This document shows positions 54,334 to 64,000 of a stretch of 64,000 bases of DNA, one piece after another. Made by a program: the position numbers and the translations under genes. Under the pieces are notes generated by a model. It was not told the DNA's origin and searched no databases. It was given only the letters and a program-made list of their open reading frames with translations. Positions within the stretch are counted from its first letter, which is position 1; the number at the start of each line of letters is the position of its first letter. This DNA is from Cercozoa sp. M6MM (taxonomy: Eukaryota > Protista > Endomyxa: Ascetosporea): NCBI GenBank assembly GCA_040357565.1, contig JBDODJ010000013.1, one strand, 5' to 3'.

Positions 54334-55860
54334 TTAAACTGCATGTTCCTCGTGAATGGCGCGCCAGATTTTTGAGTATTTCTTGCGCAAATCGGCGTGC
54401 TGGAAAACCGGTTGATCATAACAGCTAGGAACAACCTCGGACAGACCAGCGTAAAAAAACAGTACCTGTTTGTGCGCTGACGTTGCGCGAACGTCTTGAC
54501 GTTCGGCGAGGCCGTACAGGAAGGTGCCTAAACGCACATAGTGTATCATATCCTGTCATGTTGAAGAAGAAAACAGACGTGTGAAGGTTACCCATGAGCA
54601 CACGACGCTTATTGAAGAATCCATCCATCTTCTCGCGCAAGTCGCGTCGTTGCCACAGATAGGCGTTCTTTTTCACTTCGTATTTCTGTACAGAAGAACC
54701 GCGCGGATGCAAGAGTGAACACATCTGGATTGAAGTATTTGACTTGATACCTCCTCTGCACGGGTCGCACTCTTGCTCGTGGCAATCACCTGCAAAGTCA
54801 AAAGAGTCTCGAAATATGTTGGGTTTGGAGCAATTTCTGTGTGAATTTGAAAGTGTCATACGCTGCCCTCGGCGATGCGCTGACCTTCGGCCGATCGACG
54901 CTTCTTGTCGCGTTTGAAGGCGGCACAGTCGAAGGCGCGCTTGCCTATGTTGAGTTTCAAGGTTGGCTAAGCTATGATGTATTCGAAGAGGAGAAGTACT
55001 CTTGGTGTAGCGCTTGTGCATGGCGCGAATCTGCTTGGCCTCCAGGTCGAGCGAGCCCAGCTTGGTCACGAATGCTACAGGAAGACAGGGACTACCATCC
55101 ACATTTGGGACAAAGAGAGGGATGCAAGGGTACCCTTGTAGAAGACGTCGCGTTCGAACTTGTCCTCTTCGACGTTGCGAGCAATGTTGGCGCTGGCACG
55201 TGCGCAGATCTGTCCGACCGTCTCGCCGTTGATGGTGTCGGTGTCGGCACTGCTGCGTAACATCTCGCTCTCATCCTTCTCCTCGATGTCGGCGGCTTCG
55301 GCCGCTCCCGGAGCACCGGCTCGTTCTTCCTCGGGTGCCGGCGGTCGAGATGCAGCCTCGCGAGCGAGCTCAGCTGCCACACGTTCCTCTTCGGCCTGGA
55401 CACATAAACCTCAGTCAAAAACAACCCAATAATAAGCTTAAGAAAATACCTCGGCCTCGTGGCGGAACGGTCCCTTAGAGGCATCGAACAACACGTTGGC
55501 GAACTTGCTATTAGCGTCGATGGCCTGGTGACGCACGTGGTACAGGTTGCTGTGTTCAGAAGCATTCTGGAGTAACCCCTCACCACCAAAAAAGAAAAGC
55601 AGTCAAATTTTACCTGGCAGCCTTGTGCAGTTCCACCAGCTCGTCATGTGCCGCCTCGAATCGGCGCCAACGGCTCAGGAAGTCGCGCTTCTCGGGCTGC
55701 TTTGGCGCTTTGCTGCAGAGATTTCCCATTTCACAGTGTGTCTGAGTCTCTTCTCTGTGGGGCTTTCAAGATTTCTGGGAGCTTTCAAGTCTTTCTCTTG
55801 GCTGTCTGCGTTGACTTTTGCGGGTTTCCTGTCACAAAAACTGATACACTCGCACTCACA
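54334..55860 (-). CDS. Hypothetical multi-exon protein (boundaries uncertain)
   Basis: Exons such as LYHVRHQAIDANSKFANVLFDASKGPFRHEAE|AEEERVAAELAREAAS...FERDVFYK. No family recognised. Confidence 0.4.
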
Positions 55861-56463
55861 ACGAACTCAAGGGACACAATAGAGCGGCACAAACTGAGTT
55901 TCGCGCTTTCACAACCACACACAAAGAATCTGTTGCTGCCTGCCGCAGGCAACACGAAACTCGGACTCGCGCAGCAGCAATTGTCCCGGCTGCGCTCATT
56001 TCCAGGGCATAAAACGTACCTTCAGACTCGCTGTAACGCAACCTGCAATAACTTTGCGCAATTCGGCACCAGTGACAGTTTCCCTGGTCGTCAGTCCGAC
56101 CTCAAACTCTGCTGCAGATGAGGTTGCCACGTGCACAAAGCCAAACTCCATCCCGAACGCTGCTGCACTGTTCATCTAAAATTACTGCACTGATCATTAC
56201 AATCATAACCAACACGCGGCCAAGCACAGTAAAAACCCATAAGAAAGCGTGATCTTTATACAGAAAAGGAAACGGCGCTCATTTTTGTGTGAATCGCTTT
56301 TCACACCGTATTGGGTAGTGTTGTTCCTTGTGACTGCACGACTTAGTACAAACTATTAATTGCGTGCACCAAAATCGGAACAGGTGCGCCAGGCATACCC
56401 AGAACTTGTTTTTATTGTGTGGTTTCTCGTGACTCGACCAATCATCGGGTTTTTGTGCGCAGG

Positions 56464-59400
56464 ATGGTTAAGCGTCGTGCTTCCGGTGAGGCTGCGGGTG
56501 CGCCCGAGGCCAAGCGTGCTCGCACCAAGGTATTTTCATATTTTTCGCGTCGCGTGCAACCGATCGATCATTTTTTGGCGACGTCTGGATTTCCAGAGGT
56601 TTATGAAAGAGCTATCTTTCGTTGTTTTCCAGGGGTCGCATCATGTGGCGGCCGTTGACGTGGGCGCTCTGCGCGCACGTTCCAAGTCGCAGGTGGAGAC
56701 GGACGGTGGCAACCCGCCCGTTGACTCCTTCGACGTCGTGCCCGAGATCGTGACGGCACTGGCGGACACGGGCATCAAGACTCTGTTCCCGATTCAGCAG
56801 GTAACCTTGAGTTCAGTCCCCTCTGTTTAAATCCTCCTGACTGCAACTCACCCTTTAAACTTTTTAGCGCACGTTCGGCGCGATTCTGGGTGGCCGTGAC
56901 GTGCTCGGCCGTGCCCACACGGGCAGTGGCAAGACGCTCGCGTTCTCGCTGCCAATCGTGGCCAAGATCGCCAAGTACGGCGGTACTTGCGAAATACTCA
57001 AAAAATTCGCAAAATTAAATTCATCGTTGTATGAGTTGCAGGCCGTCAGATGTCGATCGATGAGCTGCGCCGCTCGCGTGGCCGCAAGCCGCTCGTGATG
57101 TGTCTGTGCCCGGTGCGTGAGCTGGCGCAGCAGGTCGGCAAGGTGTTCGAGACCATGTGCTCTGGTAAGTGTCTCACTGGCATACTTTTTGGCATACTTT
57201 TTGACTTGTGGGGTTCCGACTTGACTATTTTGTTTGTTTGAATAGCCGTTGGTCTGCGCGTGCTGTGCGTGTACGGCGGCACTGCGTACGACAGTCAGAT
57301 CCGTGCTCTGCATCGCGGTGTCGATGTGGTCGTGGGCACGCCGGGTCGCGTGCAGGACCTCATGGAGAAGCAGCACCTGGACCTCTCACTCGTCGAGCAT
57401 GTCGTGCTTGGTACCTGGGATACACTTTTGTGTGGAGTGTGTATGCTGACATATAATGTCCGTGATGACTGTATTGTTTGGTGTGCGAACAGACGAGGCT
57501 GATGAGATGCTGAGCATTGGTTTCGAGGAGGCCGTGGAGAACATTGTGTCGGCATGCGGCACTGAGAACCACCAGGGCTTCACGCAGACGCTCCTGTTCT
57601 CGGCTACGGTGCCGACCTGGGTGGACAAGATGGTCACCAAGTACATGCAGCCCGAGGGCGAGCGTATCACGCAGAAGGTAGACCTGATCTCCCTGTATCT
57701 GATATGCCTATATTTCCTTATCCTGGTCTGCAACAGGACCTCGAGGCCGACAAGGCCAAGGCTGCCGAGCAGCTGCAGGAGGACGCCAGTGAGGAGGAAG
57801 AGGACAACGAGGAGTCGTCGGACGACTCTGGCGACGACTCGGACAGTGATGACTCTGACTCGGATGACTCTGATGACTCGGATGACTCGGATGAGGACGA
57901 GGACGAGGACGACGAGAAGAAGGACGACTCGGAAGACGGTGAGTACAAGTCGCTGCGCGAGCTGCAGCGCCTCTCGGTCGACCTGGTCGGCAACAAGCAG
58001 CGCCAGGCCTCGTCATCGGTGGAGCACATCTGCGTGTGCTGTCACTACGGTGAGCGACAGAAGGTGCTCGGCGACATCCTGCTGCTGCACGCGGCGCCCA
58101 ACGAGAAGATCATCATCTTCTGTGAGACCAAGAAGGAGTGCAACGAGCTCGTCGTCTCCAAGACGCTGCGTCAGGAGTGTCAGGTACTTGCCCCTCTCCC
58201 CCTTGCCCTTTTGTCTTTTTACTTTCCCCCCCCCCCCCCCCGTACAGGTGCTGCACGGCGACATCCCGCAGAAGCAGCGCGAGATCGTGACCAAGGGCTT
58301 CCGCGACGGTGCCTTCCAGTGCCTGATTGCCACCGATGTCGCCGCGCGTGGTCTTGACTTCCCGGACGTCAAGCTCGTCGTGCAGTGCAAGCCGCCCATG
58401 TCGTCCGAGACCTGTACCTCTCCTATCCATACATACATGCTTGCATACATGTACACATACATACGTATGTACATGTGTGTATGTTTATGTACTGCAGATG
58501 TGCACCGCTCTGGTCGTACGGGCCGTGCCGGACAGGTCGGCAAGAGCATTCTGTTTTTCACGCCGCGCGAGACGTACGACGTGGCGCGACTCGCCAAGCG
58601 CGCCAAGGTCGACTTCAAGCGCATCGGCTGTCCGCAACCGCGCGACCTGGTAGGCTTGTCTCTACTCCTTACCCCTTCCTCTTTACCCCTTCCTCTTTAC
58701 CCCCTCCCCACCGCAGGTGCGTGCGACGGGCCACGATGCCGTGGAGGCCATCAAGGGCGTCGACACCAACATGGTCGACGACTTCCGCGATGCGGCGCAG
58801 CAGCTGCTGGAGAAGATGCCGGCTGACGACGCTGTGGCTGCTGCCATGGCTGCCATGGTACACCTCTATTTGTCCTGGTGTGTGCTCCGGTTGGACTAGT
58901 TTGACTCATCCTTGCACGGTATCCTTGTGTGGCACAGGCTGGCTACACGGCGCACTCGGAGCGACGCTCGCTGTTGAGTGGCACGCCGGGCTACGTGACC
59001 GTGATGGTGGCCGTGCCCAAGGAGGTGCGCTCGCTCGGTTACTTCCGCTCGCTCATTCGCAACAACCTCGGCCATGAGTAAGACATGTTTTACCCTCCCC
59101 TTCTTTCTTACCCCTTTACCACCACCCTTTACCCTCCGTTACACACAGGTGCCTGGAGACGATGCGCGGCCTGTCGTACTGCGAGCCGCCAAGTGGCGAG
59201 GGTGCCGCTGCCGTCGCCGACATCAGCGAGCAGTTCGAGAAGATTGTGCAAGACTTTGAGGGTACCTTGTGGTCCTGTGTGCTGCTTAACGAATGCTCAA
59301 GTGCATATGTACCACTGTGATTGCGCAGACCCCGAGACACAGATCATGGTGCCGCAGGCTCTTCCCAAGATGGACCTGCCCGAGCCGAACATGAATGGCG

Positions 59401-59791
59401 GCAATGGCGGTGGCAACTGGGGCGGCAACCGTCGCGGCGGCTTCCGCGGGTAGGCCAGGCACCTCCCTTCCCCTCTCTGTCATGTATGTACCCTTTGTAT
59501 GTCCATTTGTATTAAAAAACACAGTGGTCGCGGTGGCCGTGGTGGCTACGGCGGTCGCGGCGGTGGCTACGGCGGTCGCGGCGGTGGTGGTGGCTACGGC
59601 GGTCGCGGTGGCTACAACCGCAACGGTGGCGGCGGCTTCCGAAACGGCGGTGGACGAGGCCGTGGACGCGGTGGCTTCGGTGGTCGCGGTCGCGGGTACA
59701 GCCTCCTCTTTACCCCGCGTACTATCTAAAACTGTATTTTGCTGACAGTCGTGGCCGCGGTGGTGGTGGCTTCCGTCGCAACAACTACTAA
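56464..59791 (+). CDS. DDX21: DEAD-box RNA helicase, DDX21/DDX50/RH7-like, with GUCT-like domain and RGG tail
   Basis: Q-motif LFPIQ, AHTGSGKT, PVRELA, TPGR, VL|DEADEM, SAT, LHGDIPQKQRE, ATDVAARGLD, YVHRSGRTGRAG, then RSLLSG (GUCT start) and GGRGG repeats. All introns are GT-AG. Confidence 0.92.
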
Positions 59792-60440
59792 CTTCGATTT
59801 ATTTTCACCGGCGTCGTTCTTGCCAAGCGACGCCACCAGACTGAAAAATGACACCGACTCGACCCTGCACACCTTCGCACGTGTCCGTCGTGTCTGCCCT
59901 CATTGAACTTTCAAACCGTCCCATCTTTGATCTGATCGTCGCACACAAATGACTCACGCTCATGTGCTGTCATGTGCAAAATTAACATAGTAGTACTTGT
60001 ATTATTTTGCACGGGAGCGGGTGGCACTACTATGTCACGGCATAGGTAACTACTACAGTTTCAGAACAAGCCGAAACTGCACTGAAAGAACGAACCTGAC
60101 TTAAGGTCCAGGCGTAAGCGCATCGTAAAAAACGACGGGAACGGAATCAATAATACACTAGCTGAGGAACAGTCGAGGAAGAGCGTGGCGAAAAAGCGTC
60201 TCACACGGGCCAAAATTCGTCCTGCTGCGGGATGCCTGCACGGCCAGACGTAGGTGTGTTATGCGTGTGCGTGTAAGTGTGTGCAATGTGAGTGTGTGCT
60301 GTGAGGTGTTACTGTAGACGAGCGAGTGCTTGCAAGGAAATTAAGGGTGCGTGGTCGAGGTGGCTATTGTGAGCGCACACACACACACACGCACACACAC
60401 GCACACACGAGTGCAAGCCGTGTGAGCACGTGCGAGGCGT

Positions 60441-62115
60441 CTACATGAAATCGTCGTCATCATCGGGAATGATGATGATCTCCCTGAGCGAGTTGAACAC
60501 GTGCGCAATGTTCGACGTGTCCGTAGCGCACGTCACGTGCGGGTACAGTCGCCGGTTCGACCGGTTGCGCGCCGCGAACTGATCGCGAATGTAGCGCACA
60601 CACGCTTCCTATCGGGTAAAAGGCAAGGGGTAGAGGCAAGGGCCAGGGGGGTAGGGGTTAAGCGTGGGGCAAGGGATAGAGGTAGCGAGGGTACGAAGGA
60701 CTGCGGCCCCGTGTAGTTCGGGAAGCACGTAGTGAGCGGCTTCTTCTTGATCTTCTCCTCGAAAAGATCGCGCTTGTTGAGGAACAGAATCACCGGCGTC
60801 TTGAGGAACCAGCGCGAGTTCACCACCTGGGGGGGGGGGGGTAAAGGTATATATATATATATATATACATAAGCGAGGGTAGGGGTCACCTCGTCGAACA
60901 GCGCGAGCGACTCGTTGAGCCGGTTGGTGTTGGCGTCCTCAAACATGACCTGGTCGTACTCGGAGATAGCGACGACGTAGATGATGCCCGTGACCTTTTC
61001 GTCAGGCTTCTGGCCCGTAGCCAGTTCCTCGAACACTCGTAGCCACTTCTTGCGCTCCGAGCGTTGGCCGCCCACGTCGCGCATCGAGAACTTCACGCCG
61101 TCAATGTCGAACTGCGTGCTCACGATACCCGTGGTACGCACACGCGTGCGCAGCACGTCCTGCTCCGACGGCACGTAGCCGCCTTGCACCACCTCGCGCA
61201 CCTGTCCATACCATAAGCATACATATATATATATATATATATAATTTATACATATATATATATACGACTCCCCGTACCTTGTCCAGAAAGTAGGCCGCTG
61301 AGTCCGGCAACTGGAACTCTGCGCGTCGCTCGTACGCCTCGCGCACACCCTGAGATTCCCAGGGGGTATGAGGTACAGGGTAGGGTATGGGGGGGGGGGG
61401 GGGGAGGGGTACCTCATCGCGCCAGATGAGCTCGATGGCCGACGCGAGTTCCTCGGAAAGTTCGCTGTCCTCGGCGTGCTGCTCGATGAGATCGGCGGCC
61501 TGTCGGAACTCGGCCGTCGTCGGTGTCACGATACCGAGTTTCTGGCAGCCACGCAGCAGGCCCACGGCCGCCTGGATCGTGTTCTCGCACACCGTGTCGA
61601 GGAACTCCTTGCGCGTCTCCAGCGGGAAACCCGTGCCGAACAGAGCCTTCATCTGCTTCAGCAACGTCGACTTGCCGGACTCACCAGCGCCCAGCACCTG
61701 CAAGAAAGTCACATACCACCCCCCCCCCCCCCCCCACTGTGCCAATAGTGTACCAATAGTGTGTGCACGTCCGCCTCCACCGACGGTCCGCGCGTCGTTG
61801 CGACTGGCGTGTCATCTTGGAGAGCGGCAGCCTTGGTGCCGGCTCGATCTGCAGCGCATACACCGGAAGTCACATCAGCATTTAAAAAAAAACCAACACC
61901 AATCCAGACAAAACAACAGAAATCTCTGGGTCGACCACGTGCGTCGCCCGCCACGTGGGCGCACACGCCCAGTGGCAGGCATGTACGTGATTGCACACAG
62001 ATTTAAGACCCACTCACTCACACGGCACGCCACAACACTTAGACCGCGAGAAAACAAAAAAGAAAAGACAACCGGGCGGTGACTTACCCTGGTTTGACGA
62101 CATGCATGCGCCCAT
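60441..62115 (-). CDS. Heterotrimeric G protein alpha subunit
   Basis: MGACMS (acylation), [41 protein letters not shown]. Ends [12 protein letters not shown]. Confidence 0.95.
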
Positions 62116-62399
62116 GTGTCGTGTTGGTCCTAATATGCGCACTATGAACCCCGAAATGTAAACTTGTGTCAATTCGATCGCTTCGATTTCGTTGAGTATT
62201 TTTTTAATCTTTCCGGTAAACCGGACTCCGGGACCGGCACAGACCTCTGACCTGGTCTCACGCAGCAGTTTCCGTGTGCACGATGCAGCTCAGGTACAAA
62301 CACAATTTTGTATACAACGTATTCGGTTTAATAAAATAGATTTGTTGTTTTCAATCAGGGAACTGACAGAATTGGCGGCGGCTTGGCTCCAGTTGCCTC

Positions 62400-64000
62400 G
62401 CCTAGAAGGGTTTCTGACGAAGGTAGCACCCGTGCGCAGTTGACGTGCCGTGCATGTCTGGTGTTGTACTGGCAGGTGACGATCCGCGTGGCACAACCTG
62501 GCAGGGTCTTGTTGCCAGCGACGTCACTTCGCCACACAGACACCGTCGAGCCTGGCCAAGAGAATGGAGCAACGGTTGTGACCAGAACAGTGACAACTGA
62601 GGGCAACGGTGATGACGCTGTGCTATGGAGAGAAACGCTGCATTTGACTGATCAGTCACTCGAAGTGCCAGCGCCAAGGCCTGGTTTGAACGAGCCCGAC
62701 GACAGTTCAGAGCACGACCGAACTTTAACCACTTCGAACGTTGACGTATCAAACGCTCTCTCTTGTGTGACTCTCTCATTTTTCTGACACGCGTTGAGTG
62801 TGTAGGACTGTATTGCGCACATGCTATCGGCTTCCGTGTCAGTGGCTGTTCAACATGGTCACACAAACATGAAACTCTTCCGCGCGGACGTCAGGCACGC
62901 TCTCCCTGACGGCGAGGAAACGGTGTATGTCATGTGCAAGCGTGCTCCTCTTACCACACAACGCAAGGGTGAACTTGGTGTCAAGAGCGTCGCGATCTGT
63001 CATGGCAACCTGCACATCCTCGGCGAAGCACTGTTTGCGCCTATGTAATAACCTCAGGTGAACGGAAACTGAACGAATTAAACGCAAGCGGGACTCGAAG
63101 ACACGACAATGTTCCGGTTCGCGTTATCGCAAGATGGGTCCGTCCGTCACGTCAGTCAGGTAAACGAATTAGCGTAGATGCCAGTGTACAGTACTAGTAG
63201 GTATACCTCCGTACTGTAACTAAGTCATCATTTTCGGGAAAACAACCCTCTAGCACTATGGCGGGCCAATCACTTGATCAACTGTGCTCTGGCACTAACT
63301 TCTTATTTTCCATAAGGGTTTGCAATGAGTGCGAGCGCGTGCGCCGACGAGAAATTCAAACGCGGCGAACATTAAAGTCCGAAGGCGCACTGGCACCAGT
63401 ACTCCCTGGTCGCTCGGCTTGCGTGGCCAGTTCTAAGGTAGTCGCGCGTGTGTTTGGGTGCCCAATGTGTAAGCGCTTCACAATGACCGCGCTTTTGGGC
63501 CATCTAGTTGTCGTCTTGGGTTTGTTGAGTGCGGTTTCCGGCTCACAACATACCTCGGTATTTCTGCTTTTCGGTTCGGTTGTATTTGTAAACCGTTTCC
63601 TTAGCCCGAACTGCCCGATCGGCACAGTCAGACGGTGCAGGTGACGCTCACAATGGCACTCGGCGTGGATGTCAGCCCTGGGCTCGATTACACCTCGCCA
63701 ATCCAGCAAGCGTTCAAAGGTACGTATATACGTCAAGATAAATTTAGAGTAAATTTGCGAAACTGTTTGTTTGTGTGAATCCTAGAGTGGCAAACTCGAC
63801 TCAGCCAGCTCTTGCTGACAGTTGAGTTGTCGCAGAGATCTCAAAGTGCACTGCAACTTCTCGCGTTGCACGCTCAACCGGAGCAAGTGAGACTGCAGGA
63901 TCGCTACAGCGGAGCGCCGCATTCACTGACCTTGGCGATTCGCGTGCCGCCTCACCTGGGTCTGCTGGGGCAGCTGCCACACTACCACGCCAGCACTGTG
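62400..64000 (+). CDS. Possible multi-exon gene(s), unresolved
   Basis: Exon-like segments (VTIRVAQPGRVLLP...VLWRETLHL; KLFRADVRHALPDGEETVYVMCKR). No confident model. Confidence 0.25.

Noticed and set aside
54334-55860. Fanzor/TnpB next to a structured RNA-like element
   Set aside because: No RuvC catalytic motifs or CxxC zinc finger are visible in any exon frame I examined.

Overview
Eukaryotic (protist-like) genomic DNA with compact, intron-rich genes: short canonical GT-AG introns of about 40-120 nt, standard genetic code, CpG-rich exons, and five assembly gaps of about 100 N. The ORF track misses most real proteins because of splicing, so I reconstructed genes by hand. Recognisable genes: farnesyltransferase beta, an RWDD2-like protein apparently spliced onto a DUF167 domain, an NF-YC-like histone-fold/polyQ factor, a class C (GABA-B-like) GPCR with two tandem Venus-flytrap domains, an N-acylated protein with two response-regulator receiver domains, an ankyrin protein, a BRAP-like C-terminus, two DXD glycosyltransferases, GST, a CCX/NCLX exchanger, a Deg/HtrA protease, VPS37A, a DDX21-like helicase and an atypical G-alpha. 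Orphan proteins include a secreted His/Lys/Tyr/Gly-rich, Cys-containing protein and an acidic repeat protein ending in a CaaX box. Mobile DNA comprises a 4.3-kb CCC...GGG TIR element with a 3-bp TSD that carries a spliced cargo gene, and a family of three CpG-depleted solo-LTR-like elements (TGTTAC...GTAACA), one nested in the TIR element. Family assignments come from remembered motifs, not from database searches.
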